Shown: in pieces, positions 1 to 14,206 of the stretch | Position numbering within the stretch: the stretch's first letter is position 1 | Layout: every line of letters starts with the position of its first letter | NCBI GenBank assembly: GCA_951406725.2 | Contig: OX597832.1 | Location: 27,900,001 to 27,964,000, forward strand | Direction: 5' to 3' | Length of the DNA: 64,000 bases | Source of the DNA: Octopus vulgaris | Lineage: Eukaryota | Translations under genes and position numbers: made by a program | The notes under the pieces: model-generated | What the model saw: only the letters and a program-made list of their open reading frames with translations | The model's database searches: none | Told to the model about the DNA's origin: nothing

Positions 1-733
1 TGAAAACCTTTAGCCTGGGGTTTTAATGTTTTTCTTTTCCCTACCCTCTGTCTTCGGTCTTTGACATTTTTATAGAGAACCCATTTCTCGTCGCCAGTCA
101 CTATTCGGTCCCTAAATGGTTCATTCCTGAGACATGACAGCAAAGAAGAGCACACATTCACTCTCTACGCGTGATTAGACTCGGGAAATTTGTGAAGAAC
201 TCATTGACCCAATTTGCTGACTTTTCCCATGGCATGCAGGTGTGGATGAATGGTTGAATGAGCATATCCAAGCTTCTCTGCTAATTCCTCAACAGTTATG
301 ATGGAATTTTGCTCCACCAGAGTTTGCAGGACATCCTTGTTGAGCTCTACAGATCTTCCAGGATGAGGCTCGTCTTCTAGATTGTAGTTTCCGCCTCGGA
401 ATTTTTGGAACCACCGGTGACACTAGCTTACGCTTATTGTCCAATCCCCATATACTGCATTAATATTCCTCACACTTTCCATTATGTTGTTGCCTTTATT
501 GATCTCAAAAAGCAAAATATGCCGAATATGCTCCTTTGTCACTTCCATGATAGCTTTGAAAAAAATAAATGTTAAAATCGAACTGCACTCTTCAAAACTT
601 GCACTAAGAATAAAGACAAGGTAATATTACTATTTGCTTTTATAGCAAGTTGATGCAGGTAGTTTATCCCATCCCTTTCCAACTTCTACTTCATGTAGTT
701 GAAAAACCGCTTTATTTATGGGATGACCCAGTG
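1..733 (-). mobile_element. Mariner (Tc1/mariner) DNA transposon, 5' part with pseudogenised transposase; runs off the window start
   Basis: The minus strand from ATG at 548 reads MEVTKEHIRHILLFEINKGNN, a mariner-type N-terminus. It later reads SKLGQ*VLH (WVPH motif with Trp changed to stop) and DRIVTGDEKWVLYKNVK (first catalytic Asp motif). A TIR-like end at about 712-733 is followed by TA. Confidence 0.9.
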
Positions 734-744
734 TATATACATAC

Positions 745-786
<42 letters not shown>

Positions 787-809
787 TATATGTATGTATA
801 TACACTTTA

Positions 810-1130
810 AATTGTTTTTACTTGTTTCAGTTATTAGATTGCGGCCATGCTGGGGCATCACCTTGAAGAATTTTAGTTGAACAAATCAACCCCAGGACTT
901 ATTATCTAATCCTGATACTTATTCTATCGGGTCCCTTTTGTTGAAGTGTTAAGTCACGGGGATGTAAGCACACTAACACCAGGCTTCTTTTTCAGTTTCT
1001 GTCCACCGAATCCACTCACAAGGCTTTGGCTGGCCCAAAGCTATAACAGAAGACCTTTTGCCCGAGGTGCCACGCAGTGGAACTGAACCCGGAACCATGC
1101 GGTTGTGAAGCGAACTTCTTACCACACAGT
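810..1130 (-). mobile_element. Composite SINE: tRNA/CORE-like head (family B) plus 3' module (family D)
   Basis: Reverse complement of the element at 3960-4398, sharing ggttcagtcccactgcgtggcacct and ccagcatggcc..gaaacaagtaaaa. Confidence 0.75.
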
Positions 1131-1758
1131 CTATGTAGATAATAATTTGATATAAAAACTTCTGCCATAAAGATGCCAAGGGCTTTCTTTAAATGAAGCA
1201 ACACAACTGAAGGGGTTAGTGAGGTGGAGGGGTGTAGTGATGGTGGTGGCTGTGGTGGAAGCAGTGATGGTGGTGGTGGTGGTGGTGGTGGTGGAGGCTC
1301 AGTTGTATTCAGGCAGGTTGACAGTCTTGAAATAATAATAATAATAATAATGATAATATTAATAATAATAGTAAAAACTTGATAAACCACTACCTAAAGC
1401 CACTGTCTTTGAAATAAGCTTATTCACTGCTGCTGCTGCTCCTGTTGTTATTGTTGTTGTTGTTGCTGTCTGTCTGTAATCATGACATTTCACTCAACAA
1501 GTCACCACTTCTGTTTTCAAAAAAAAAAAAAAAAAAAGCCTTCCTCTTCATCCGCACCCTCTTCCTCTTCTGCGAAGAAGATGTAGGAAGCTGAGGAGAG
1601 AAAAGAAAGCCCTTTTCCCCTCCCCTCGTCTTCATCATCACCACCACCACTGCACTTGTCTTTTTCAGTTATCTAATCTAGTTCATTGTAGAGGTGTTGA
1701 GGTGAGGGGCTGGGAAGAGGGTCAACTTATTTTCTAGAATTTCTTAAGTGAAAAATTG

Positions 1759-1815
<57 letters not shown>

Positions 1816-2167
1816 GTTGTTGTTGTTGTTGTTACTTTTGTTTTTTAGCATTCCCCTACTTGATGGTAAGGTGGTGGTGGTGGTGGTGGTGGTGGTGGTG
1901 GAGGGGTATCGAGTAATAAAGTGTTTTACATTTTATAAGAACCATCTGGCAAACAACCCACCCCTTTTCTCAGAAACGCCACTGAGGGTGAGGGGTGAGG
2001 TGGGTTGTCGAGTGGAGAGAGGGTGGAGGGGAGGACAGGGAACCCTGACTGAAACACATCTTAAAAAACTGTGAAGTCATTGAAAACTTGTCTAAATTAG
2101 TTGAGATGGTGGGGGGGGGGGGAAGAACAGCCTAGAGTGTAGAGGCAGACAGATGTGTGTATATATG

Positions 2168-2225
<58 letters not shown>

Positions 2226-2262
2226 TATAAAAATATATATATATATGTGTATATATATATAT

Positions 2263-2395
2263 AGATTAATCAGCCGAAATTGCTAGGATGATCCGGTTCT
2301 TGACTGAAGATTGAAGGCTTCAAATGTCCCGTCCGTGTTTTTTGTATCGTCTTCTAAATGTTTTACGTTCTTGTCCCAGTTTGTATTTTTCTACA
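2263..2395 (+). mobile_element. Short interspersed element embedded in (TA)n; family shared with 37404-37570 (-) and 57600-57850 (+)
   Basis: gattaatcagccgaaattgc..ggatgatccggttcttgactgaaga..atgtcccgtccgtgttt matches the reverse complement of 37420-37500. It is flanked by (TA)n on both sides. Confidence 0.7.
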
Positions 2396-3081
2396 TATAA
2401 TATATATATATATATATGTGTATACACACACTACTACTACACATTCACAAAATGGGCTTCTTTCAGTTTCCTTCTACCAAATCCACTCATGAGGCTTTGG
2501 TCAGTCTGAGGTTTATAGTAGAAGGTACTTGCCTAAGGTGCCATGCAGTGTATATAGTAGAATCATCTTTTAAATGATGCGTGTGTGTTTATTTTATAGA
2601 TATATATCTACATACATTCATAGAAGAGAGATAGAGAGAGAGAGATGAAGAGAAAGCTATAGATATATATTTAGAGAGAGAGAGAGAGAGAGAGAGAAAA
2701 ATAGACAGAGAGGAAGATTGATTGATAACACACACACACACACACACACACACATCAAAAGAGAAGAGAGACGGTGGGTGTGATGTTGTTTTCCATGTTT
2801 AATTCAAAATTAATTTTCATTGTTGATAATACACAACCTATTAAATTTTGTTGCAGTTTGTTGTTGTTGTTGTTTTTGTTGTTCTTGTTGCTGTTTGCGA
2901 TATTTTTGTATCAGTGATATCTCTGGACTTTAGACATTTTCTTTTAATGAGTTCACCTTCTTATTATTCCTCACTCCTTCACTCCCTTTTAACTTCGATC
3001 TATTTCTCTTTCCTCCACACACATCTGGCTCTCTGTTTCTCTCTTTCACAACATTGCAGCCTCTCTCCCACCCTCTCTCTC

Positions 3082-3094
3082 TCACACACACACA

Positions 3095-3151
<57 letters not shown>

Positions 3152-3166
3152 ACAAACACACACACA

Positions 3167-3223
<57 letters not shown>

Positions 3224-3253
3224 AAACACACACAAACACACAAACACACACAA

Positions 3254-3284
<31 letters not shown>

Positions 3285-3330
3285 CCCAAACACAAACACA
3301 CACACACAAACACACACACACAAACACATA
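3082..3330. repeat. (CA)n/(CACAAA)n microsatellite
   Basis: Read directly. It is the source of the HT/CV pseudo-ORFs. Confidence 0.95.
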
Positions 3331-3959
3331 CACCTACCTATCTCTCTCGTTACTCATTTACTTCCTCTTCCTAACAACTACAATCATTGCACACACCCCT
3401 CCTCTTCACAAATTAAATGATTTAATTTATAAAACAATAAGACTGTCTTACTCTTTTCCTTAGCATATTCATGAACTTGTCTTGTTCTGTTCCTGGGTGG
3501 TGGTTATATAGGGGTATATGTGTGCTGTGTTTTGTAACTGGGTGGTTATTGTAGTGGGGTATGTGTGTTGCTATTTCATTGTGTGGTTATTGTTTAGAGG
3601 TTTAGATGTTTTCAGGGCACAGAATATATTAAAGAGTGCCATTAAATTTAAAGCCGTTTTGATCTTGTATTAATTGGGGTACCTTTTTTTAAAACTGTTG
3701 TAAGCTCTACTATAATTTATATATTTTTCTTTTCCTGTTTTTATTTTTTATTTTACCCTTCTACCCCAATTATTTCTGACACTCTTTTTTATTTCTTCCC
3801 AACCATGCCTTACATCCTGTTTATTTCAATTCAAAATCCTTGTATTTTGATAGTTTCCCCACTTCCCTCTCAACTAATGTATTTGCCAGAAGGAATCAAA
3901 ATGTCTATCAGCGTTGCAAGAATTTTAATTCTGGTCCCTGATTATAATATCTCATCAGT

Positions 3960-4110
3960 GGCTGTGCGGGAAGTAGCTTGCAAACAAACCACATGGTTCC
4001 GAGTTCAGTCCCACTGCATGGCACCTTGGCCAAGTGTCTTCTACTATAGCCTCAGCTGACCAAAGCCTTGTGAGTGGATTTGGTAGACGGAAACTGAAAG
4101 AAGCCCGTCG

Positions 4111-4187
<77 letters not shown>

Positions 4188-4398
4188 TTGTGCGTCTGTG
4201 TTTGTTCCCCCAACATTGCTTGACAACAGATGGTGGTGTGTTTATGTCCCCATAACTTGGCAGTTTGGCAAAAGGGACCAATAGAACAAGTACTAGGCTT
4301 ACAAAGAATAAGTCCCTGGGGTCGATTTGCTCGACTAAAGGCGGTGCTCCAGCATGGCCACAGTCAAATGACTGAAACAAGTAAAAGAGTAAAAGAGT
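3960..4398 (+). mobile_element. Composite SINE (family B head, internal (TA)(TG)n, family D tail)
   Basis: tRNA-like head with B-box-like ggttccgagttcagtccc and CORE-like accttggccaagtgtc. Further copies or fragments lie near 2455, 8482, 9670, 24215-24570, 28695, 28855, 48695-49197 and 57289. Confidence 0.8.
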
Positions 4399-4640
4399 TC
4401 ATCATAACGTCTCTTTGATAGATTCAACAGTTTCATCACAGATGATTGTGGTCAGGTCATCATCACTGGCACCTGCCATGCTTCTTTCAGGCCATCAAAC
4501 TGTTGACCGATTGTCCAATAGCCATGGCTAACAACTTGATTGTGTCTATAAATAACCTTGGACTTTGCAAGGGCTGGTCAACAGGAGACCAAGCACTAAA
4601 CTCTGTATTTAGTGCCTGTGGTCAAGCATTGATCTTGTCC

Positions 4641-4950
4641 AGGCGAGCTGGCAGAACTGTTAGCACGCCGGACGAAATGCGTAGCCGTATTTCGTCTGCT
4701 GTTACGTTCTGAGTTCAAATTCTGCCGAGGTCGACTTCGCCTTTCATCCTTTCGGGGTCAATAAATTAAGTAACAGTTACGCACTGGGGTCGATGTAATC
4801 GACTTAATCCCTTTGTCTGTCCTTGTTTGTCCCCTCTGTGTTTAGTCCCTTGTGGGTAGTAAAGAAATAGGTATTTCGTCTGCTGTTACGTTGTGAGTTC
4901 AAATTCCGTCAAGGTCGACTTTGCCTTAGTCCCTTGTGGGTAGTAAAGAA
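4641..4950 (+). mobile_element. tRNA-derived SINE family A with a partial second unit
   Basis: ggcgagctggcagaactgttagcacgccgg..gagttcaaattc..gcctttcatcctttcggggtc..aaattaagta..; more than 15 copies in the window. Confidence 0.85.
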
Positions 4951-5823
4951 ACAGATCTTGTCCACCTTGTCGTGGGTGTCCTGTTTCTGCCCAGAACTTT
5001 CGAACCAAACCCATCTTGCTCTCTGTTTTGCTTCCTCTCAGTTGCGGGGGGGGGGGGGTCTCCCTAAACATTAGTCATGCAAGGAAGGCGGTGGCGGCAC
5101 GGTGGGGTGGGGTGTGGTGAGGTGTGTGTGGGGAGTCAGGAACTGTGGTGAGGGACTGTTCCGCTTGATTTTCTTCTATCTTAAGCATCTTCTTCATTAA
5201 TGCTATACTTAGCACTATTGTAATTGTTTATCACCAACATCACCATCATCATCATCATCATCATCAGTCTCCATCATCATCATCACCATCACCAACGTTG
5301 TTATCAACTTCATCATGGTTGTTGTCTTTTTGTCATTGTTATCATGAACCACCATCAGCCACCTTCCCCCCCAACCTCCTCTACTCCATCCCCCCCAACC
5401 TCCTCTACTCCATCCCCCCCACCGCTCTCCATGTTCAAGTGGTGTCCACTCCACCTGACACCAACAACACAGAGCTTACACAATGGCCTCTCTACCAGTA
5501 GTTGACTAAATATTCCTCCTTAGCTGAAGAGCTCTCACTTGCTCAGAGAACGACAGAACAACAGAACGACGCTGCTCCACCCAGGGCCATGAGTAATGGT
5601 AAAAGCAAATGGAACTGTAGCAGACAGCAGACAGAGTTCCAATGGTGTTGGTGGTGGTGGTGGTGGAGGCTGAACCGTTACTTGACTTTTCTTATCAGGG
5701 ACATTTTGAATATATATATAAACACATGACATATACATTCATCTACACACACACACACACACACAAGCACATGCCTATAATCAATATGAGGATTTTGTCT
5801 ACTCAATCTACTTCTCATATAAT

Positions 5824-5875
<52 letters not shown>

Positions 5876-5995
5876 TATAGACACATACACACATACGTGT
5901 GTATATGCGCACATACACACATCGATAATTATCAGAGAAGGTAAACTGTTATTTAGATTGACATATCCTGTCAAAGTTACTGAAAATAAACTGCT

Positions 5996-6204
<209 letters not shown>

Positions 6205-6569
6205 GTACACGTACACATAGTGGTTGGGTTATGCCAAATTGTACAGAGCATTCAACAACCGAGAGACTCCATCATCATCATCATTTTAAAGTCTGTTGCA
6301 CGTTGGTGTAGTTATGGGCGATCGGATGGGACCTTTTTCGCCGTAGAGTTTTCTGGCCAGATGCCCCTTTCTGATGCCAACCCCGTTTACTTGCCTTTTC
6401 TGACGCACACGGATACTGTGTACCTATTCTAATAGCTTGATACATGACACGCAACCACCACCACCACCACTAGTGCACTACTATTACTATAATGCCCTCT
6501 AGTACTAACTACCCTACCCACCAATACTTTCATATCAATTGGTATTTGCTGTGACCGTGCTGGACCAAA

Positions 6570-7205
6570 TGCTTATTGGCATTTTGTTCATCGTCACATT
6601 CTGAGCTCAAATCCCACCAAGGTTGACTTTGCCTTTCATCCTTTCAGGGTTGATGAAATAAGTACCAGTTGAATACTGGGGTCCATGAAATTGACTTACC
6701 CCCTTTGCCATCCTCGAAACTTCTGGCCTTGTGCCAAAATTTGAAACCAATGTTCTTTTCTACTCTAGGCACAAGGCACAAACTTTTTGGGGAGGGAGCC
6801 AGTTGATTAGATCAACCCCATTATGCAACCGGTACTTAATTTATCGACTCCCAAAAGGATGAAAGGCGAAGTTGACCTTGGCGGAATTTGAACTCAGAAC
6901 GCTAGGACATGAAATGCCACTCGGCATTTTACCAACCGGGCTAATGGTTCTGCCAGCTCGCTGCCTTAATTTGGAACCAATGGTAGCTACGATTAGTCTG
7001 TGAGTTGGTAGAATAGTTGGCATGCTTGGCAAAATGTTGAGTGGCATTTCATCTGTCCTAGTGTTCTGAGTTCAAATTCCACCAAGGTCAACTTTGCTTT
7101 TTATCCTTTTGCGGGGTCAATAAAATAAGTACCAGTCATGCACTAGGGTCAGTGTAATCGACTTATCTCCTACCTTGAATGTCCTGGCTTTTGCCAAAAT
7201 CTGAA
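6570..7205. mobile_element. Cluster of three diverged family-A-related SINEs in +,-,+ orientation
   Basis: gttgactttgcctttcatcc at about 6622 (+), ggatgaaaggcgaagttgacc at about 6857 (-) and gtcaactttgctttttatcc at about 7087 (+). Confidence 0.75.
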
Positions 7206-8249
7206 GCTAATATTAGCTCTGCCAACTATCAATACTTTTGTAGTTATTATTACAAAAGTATTATAACTGTCAGAAGACCGGAGTCTGTATGAGATGGATT
7301 CACTTGCTAGAAATAGCAACCAAATCTTCCTTAACCCACACATTGGAAAATGTAGTCGTAGATCGTAGATACATTATGTTTGAGGAGCAAATACAAAACT
7401 AAGCAGAAATGATGGATGGTCATGTCAGGAATGCCTTTCATTAAAAGGTTTACTCGGTCATTGCTGACCTAGGGTTTAACAGTTGTATTTAACATGATCT
7501 GTAGGAAATTCTGTAGTTGCTATGTACCTGTGTGCTTTATTTTCATTTGTCATGTGACTGATGCCATGTGACCCCTTGCTGCCCAGCATGTGACATGCTG
7601 AATGGCCGACAAAGATGGCGGGTTACCTAATATGCAAATAATTTGATAGAAGCAATATTTTCTGTTGTTAAGTAAATATTAATAGAAATTGTAACGATGC
7701 GTTTCTGGGTTCAATAGATTGTGATTGATCAGAGTAAACACAGCTATTTATTAATCAATCAATCAGAGAGAGAGAGAGAGAGAGAGAGAAGGAGGCTAAT
7801 TGGTTATCGTTAAATAGCTGAATATGATGATAACAGGGGCAGATTGTTAACTGACAGATGGTGAGCTGTGATGCAGTAAAGATAAAAATCCTAGGGAGCA
7901 GATAACACGATGGGGGTTTCAATTCCCACTTACTCACACCCTTTTCCCAATGATTTAATCTTTTAATTACCAACACCCATTAATATTGTCGTCCCCACTT
8001 CTTTTTTTTTTTTTTTGTTTTTTCTTTGATCCCAAACCATTTTAAAGTGTCCAGTTGATTGGCAGAGTCGTTAGAGCACCACTCAAAATACCTTGTTTTT
8101 TCTTGCAACTCTTTAAAAATTCTGATATAATCAACTTTTCTTTTTATCTTTGCTGGTTCTCAAGTCATGGTAGTGGGGGGGGGGGGACAAACACATACAC
8201 AAAAACACACACACACACACACACACACACAATGAGCTTCTATTAGTTT

Positions 8250-8481
8250 CTTATTTCTTTATTGCCCGCAAGGGGCTAAACACAGAGGGGACAAACAAAG
8301 ACAGACAAAGGGATTAAATCGATTACATCAACCCCAGTGCGTGACTGGTACTTTATTTATCGACCCCGAAAGGATGAAAGGCAAAGTCGACCTTGGCGGA
8401 ATTTGAATTCAGAACGTAACGGCAGACGAAATACCGCTAAGTACTTTGCCCGGCGTGCTAACATTTCTGCCAGCTTGCCGC
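8250..8481 (-). mobile_element. SINE family A, near full length
   Basis: Reverse complement of 20834-21063. Confidence 0.85.
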
Positions 8482-8605
8482 TTCTTTCAGTTTCTGTCTA
8501 CCAAATCCACTCAAAGGCTTTGGCTGATCCAAGGCTATTGTAAAAGACACTTGTCCAAGGTGCCATGCAGTGGGACTGAACCCAGAACTATGTGGTTAGG
8601 AAGTT

Positions 8606-8890
8606 CAGCGCCACCTTGACTGGCTTCTGTGCTGGTGGCACGTAAAAAGCACCAACCGATCGGCCGCTGCCAGACTCCCCTGGCACCTGTGCTGGTGGCA
8701 CGTAAAAAGCACCCACTACACTCACGGAGTGGTTGGTGTTAGGAAGGGCATCCAGCTGTAGAAACTCTGCTAGATCAGACTGGAGCCTGGTGTAGCCTCC
8801 TGGCTTCCCAGACCCCGATCGTACCGTCCAACCCATACTAGCACGGAAAACGGACGTTAAACGATGATGGTGATGATGATGATGATGATG
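8606..8890 (+). mobile_element. SINE family C: internal ggcacgtaaaaagcacc repeats and a (GAT)n tail
   Basis: Ends in ccaacccatactagcacggaaaacggacgttaaacgatgatg. Other copies lie at about 18050-18470, 22715-22860(-), 25055-25255(-), 29453-29758, 33140-33635, 37286-37370(-), 40250-40365, 42370-42766, 44765-44945 and 49946-50125(-). Confidence 0.85.
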
Positions 8891-9164
8891 ATATATATAT
8901 ATATATATAAACATGTACTCATAGACACACAGATTTATCTGTCTCTCTATACATCTGTTTGTACATCTGTTAGTCTATACATCTGTTTATCTCTAAATAT
9001 TTCTCTCTCTTTCCTCATCCTATCTCTCCCCGTCATTCTCTCTCTCTCTCTCCATTTCCTCAGCCATCTATTCAACTACTTGTAACAGATTGAGCGATTC
9101 TTGTAGTAAACCTCCCATTCACTCATTCTTCATTGGTTCCGTTGGCTGCTGAGGATATTGAACA

Positions 9165-9212
<48 letters not shown>

Positions 9213-10611
9213 TATATACACATGCATGTGAATGTACATTTTTGGTGTAATCAGTCACATGACTCATTATAAAAGTACATTCCGAAGCAGATATTCCTCA
9301 GTCCAGCCATGTTAACTCTCCGTGCCATATACAAAACCAAATTAAAAACCCTAATTTACAACTGTCTCATTAATTTTATTCCCACACCCACAAATAATAC
9401 AAATCAATGATTAATTGAACCTGAATTAATGTCAGACACATTACAACTGTTCTGGAACAATCTGTGTGGAAATGGGAGTGTTCTGAGATTTACCGATTCC
9501 TTCTAATGAAGCTGGTTAGATTAACCTCCCAAGCCCCTCTCCCTGGATGTTGGTCCACATTACCCCTTTTAAGACCATAGGAACGTTCTGGTATTGCTGT
9601 TTGCTGGAATACTTTTTTTATTTAGTCTGTGTCTTTTGGTCAAATACATCAATCGTAGCAGATTTCTTGTAGCTACAGGGTTCCAGGTTCAATCCTACTG
9701 CGTGGCACCTTGGGCAAGCATTTTCTACCATAATTGCGGGCCGACCAAAGCCTTGTTAGTTGATTTGGTGGCTGGAAACTGAAAGAAGCCCATCATATAT
9801 ATATATATCATCATCATCATCATCATGTAAAAGATAAAAGATATATGCAGAGTACCTGGTTTTTACCTGTTCACAGGAATGTTATTATTGCTATTATTTA
9901 ATCCCAGGTCACTACTGATTGACCAGACATAGCTGTAATCAAAAGTGTTTCAGCTGTGACCATCCTGTCTTTTCTATCAAATGCATCCTTTTTCTTTTAG
10001 CCACGGGCCAGCCTTGGTCCAGCTGAGAAATTATGCATTGAGGCATTGTCAGTGTATGGGTTGTGTTCTCTATCAAAGAAAATAAACATGGATGATTTGA
10101 GGGCTGAATCTCCCTCGGATTACTCGTGTTGCTCGACTGAAGAGCATAAAATGAGCTGAGAGAGCAATTTTCCTGTGGGTTTTCTCTGCTGGAGAGAGAG
10201 ACAACCCTACAATTGAAAACTGAGCATGGAAGGCGGATGTTAAACGATGATGATGTTGATGATGAAGGTATTGTTTTCTGTTAGAGTTGGTAGTTTAATA
10301 TTTATTACCATGGTAACGGCGAGAGAACAGCAAACTTTGCAAATAGAACCAGAATCAACAAACAGGCAAGATTCTGTTTGCCATTCCGCCTACATTCTTG
10401 TCTTCCAATTAAAAATCTGACCAGAGTTAGACTTTGCCTTTCATTATCCCTCCAGTATTAATGAACCTCTCCCCCCCCCCCGCCAAATACCAGTAATACA
10501 CTATGGTGAATCATCACTCCAATCACCTCTGTAACCTTCTGCTAATTACCGACCATTTGCCTATGGCAACAAGAGACAATTGTATTGGCTTTCGGTGAAT
10601 TGCAAAAATGC

Positions 10612-10760
10612 ATTCTGTTATTCTAATATTTTGTTATTCTAATATTCTGTTATTCTAGTATTCTATTATTCTGTTATTCTATTATTCTGTTATTCTATTA
10701 TTCTGTTATTCTAATATTCTGTTATTCTATTATTCTGTTATTCTAATATTCTATTATTCT
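10612..10760. repeat. Minisatellite of 8-bp units (TATTCTGT/TATTCTAA/TATTCTAT)
   Basis: Read directly; about 18 units. Confidence 0.9.
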
Positions 10761-12625
10761 TTTGATTAGTCTTTTATTCTTTCCGAACTCTAACTGCGAG
10801 AGGTTAGACTCTTCAAGCATTCTTGCTGCTCATTGCCATATTAATTTAATTTCTTATTCTCCTGAATAATTCCTTGTATACCAAACACAAACACCCTCTG
10901 TGATTCTGTCACATTATTCCGTACGGCAGCTCTTCTATGATAATGACCTTAATACTGTCTGGGATTAATCCGAAAAGGCTCTGTTATCTCTGCGAAACGA
11001 GCTGTTTATTGATTAACACGCATGTAACGACATCTGTTTCTGGCAAGGTGTTATTGGTGTTGGACACAGTCTTTTCTGGTCTACAGCCGACAGCAATGAC
11101 AGCTGCAGCCAGTGGACGGCCAGAATAAGCTGACCCGTTACCTTCTCCGTGACGTCTGTTTAATCCGCAACTGAGGGGAGGGGCTTTTGTTAGTCAGATC
11201 AAGCCTTTGACCGTTGGACTTAAGCGAAAGCAAGCAGTAAAGAACGGTTAATTCTTCTTGCGATTCTTCCTGACCGTTAATGATCCAACTGTCAATAGCT
11301 GAACAAGTTCTCTATGCATGTGTGTGTGTGTGTGTGCGTGTGTGTGCATGCGTGCGTGGTGGGGGTACCTGTCCATATGGTGGTGGGGGTGGCTGATTTA
11401 GCGACAGGTGGTGGTGGTGGTGGTGGTGGTGGTGGTGGCGGCGGTGGTGGTGGTGGTGGTGGTGGTGGTGGTGGTGGTGGTGTGGCGGCGGCGTCAGATG
11501 TAGCTGTGATTGCAGGGGAGATAGTCACTGCTGCAACAATGGTTAACTGTGCCTGAAGATGGCGGCGATGTCGGGGCTGGGCAGGGGTGGGGTGGGTTGG
11601 GGGAGCTTAATGGCAGCAAGCCAGTCAGGTCCAAAGACGGTGACACCCAGGGGTCACCTAATCCCTATTTTTGCAAGTGCATGCTTGCATGTACCTGAAA
11701 GTGGGGGGGTCGGGTGGGTTCTGGGCTGTTGGTGAGAGTTGGAAAGGTTTCAATTACCCCCACCCCACCCCTTCTAGACTCCCTACACCCTGTTCTCCCC
11801 CTCATACAAACTTTCAAAACAACCACAAACCCACCCTTCCACCCACTCAGTTAAATAACAACAACAACATCTATAGGAATGTAAGGGATGGGTGGAGGAA
11901 AAGTATAGAGGAAGTTGCTGGGATGATTGTGTGAATTTGTGTGTGTGTGTCTGTGAATTTGTCTGTGTGCATATGTGTGCCTGCTTGTATGTGTATGTGT
12001 GTCTGATTGTGTGTGTTTTATGTGTGTATGTGTATGCCTGTCTGCATATATGTAAGTGTGTGTCTCTGAATATGTGTGTGCACTTGTCTGCATGTGTGTA
12101 CATGCTTGTGTGTGTGTGTGTGTGTGTGTGTGTGCATGCATGTATCTCTGAATATGTGTCTGTGTGTGTGTGCACTTGTCTGCATGTGTGTCTGTTTGTG
12201 TGCACTTGCCTGCATGTGTGTTTGTGTGTGTGTGTGTGTGTATTTATATGTGAAACAGACAAGGTTGTGAAATAAAGACAGATGGATGTACCAGAGAGAA
12301 GTGTTTATATGTGTGAGGGAAACAGGTGTGTGTGTGTGTATGTATACAGGTGTGCTGCATTTGATTTTAAATATAAAGAGCTAAGAAGGAAAAGTGAAGG
12401 AGGCCAGGTGTCCTGAATGAGTTGACTGAAGGCAAAAGGTTGGTTTGGTGTGGATTGACATCTGTTCACAGAGAATTTTTAAAATTATTGAACATTTCTC
12501 TCTCAGCCTGAGATGGAAGACATAAAACCTAGTGGCAATTCTTGGCGAATCTCAATGAGAAAGGGGAGATAATTTCAAGAGTTAATTTATGCAATGGTCT
12601 GATTTTTGTTGATGTCAAAGGACAA

Positions 12626-12666
12626 CTGTAGACATGTTTCAGCTTATTTCAGCCTCATTAGCTCAG
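12626..12666 (-). ncRNA. Degenerate type I hammerhead-like motif
   Basis: Minus strand reads ctgag CTAATGA ggct gaaata agct GAA ACATGT C tacag. G5 is mutated to A, stem III is palindromic and the cleavage triplet is GUC. Confidence 0.45.
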
Positions 12667-13164
12667 TGGTCTCAACTTGTCTGTAGATGCTGGAGTTTAT
12701 ATTTTTTTATGTAGAGAAAAAGCATTGGGTATATTTTTTTGGCTAAAGGTAGTGTGTGTATTTGTGTGATACCTTATATCTATGTGTAGGTGTGTGTTGT
12801 GTACATATATGTGTGTGTGTGTGTCTATGAACCTATAGAAGCAAAGTTAATGTTTACAAGCAAAGAAAAAGAACTCTAAGTCATGTGACTTCACAGACAA
12901 CATCAAAGAGGGACACAGTACACTAGGCCTAAATATATGACAGGATGGTCGCAGCTGGATCACTTTTGATCATGAGTCTGTCGGATCAGAGCTGACACGG
13001 AACTAAGTGACAACAAAGAAGGGCATGTTACATGATGTAGTCCTAGGTAGACTGTGTCAGAATAATAAACAGGATGGTCACAGCTGGAACGTGTTTGATC
13101 ATTGTTCTGCTGGACTGCATAAGAGTTGACCTCATATTCAACAACAACAACAACAACACTATTT

Positions 13165-13197
<33 letters not shown>

Positions 13198-13926
13198 AGT
13201 AAGGAATAATTACGATGTGTTGCAGCTTTTTAAATATTTTAACATTAGATAAACTCGGGTCCTTTATCAAAACCCCTTTTTTTCCCTTGCCCTAAATCTA
13301 AACCCTTAAGTCTCTAAGTACAGTTACATGTTGTCTACAACTAAACCTCAACCACATAGTTTTTGACTTTTACGATTAAGCAGTGGTGGTCCGTTGTGGG
13401 GTGTCATTGTTTCATTTCTGTCGCTGGCCAGAATTGGAACTAGCCTGTTTTGGCATGGTTTCTACAGCTGGATGCCCTTCCTTTAATGCCAACCACTTTT
13501 ACAAGATAAGGCATTGATTAATTCAAACCAATGTGAATGAATAAACATTGCATTCGACAGAATAACCCGAACGTGAAAGGGTTAAAGGCTGGCAGTGCCA
13601 GAACGTCTCTCATATGTGCACTCGCTCTCTCTCTCTCTCTCTCCTCTTTCACAAATTCAGACTTGTGTGGAATCTTGCTTTTGAATCACTTAAAATATCT
13701 GGGAATTTCTGGAAAGCTCTGTGACCGGTGTAGAGTTGAATGTCCATTGGAATAGCAAAAAAAGAAAATAATAAATGAAATTTAATATATTTAAGTGTGT
13801 GACACACACACACACACGTGCGCGAGTACCCCTCAATTTTCATGATATATTACTTTTGGAGTCATGAATAGTATTGCTGCAGTTGTGTGTGTGTGTGTGT
13901 GTGTGAGTGAGTGTGCATGCGTGTGA

Positions 13927-13958
<32 letters not shown>

Positions 13959-13962
<4 letters not shown>

Positions 13963-14155
13963 GGAAAGTTTATGAAAATAAACAAAAGACAAAGGCAGGT
14001 GGTGTACAAAACAAACAAGTGTATTAGTATAACGCTCAGGAATAGAAAAAGTCTTTTATGTTTCGAGCCTACGCTCTTCTACAGAAAGGGACACAGAAAA
14101 AACAAAGAGAGAAAAAAATGCGTGTAGGAGCTAACGATCTATCATGGCGTCTGAC
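13959..14155 (-). mobile_element. About 197-bp (TA)n-embedded element carrying a minimal hammerhead-like motif (14053-14088); Penelope-like terminal-repeat derivative
   Basis: A second copy with the same ends lies at 21509-21703. The minus strand reads cttt CTGTAGA a gagc gtag gctc GAA acat a aaag. Confidence 0.7.
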
Positions 14156-14168
14156 TTATATATATGTG

Positions 14169-14206
<38 letters not shown>

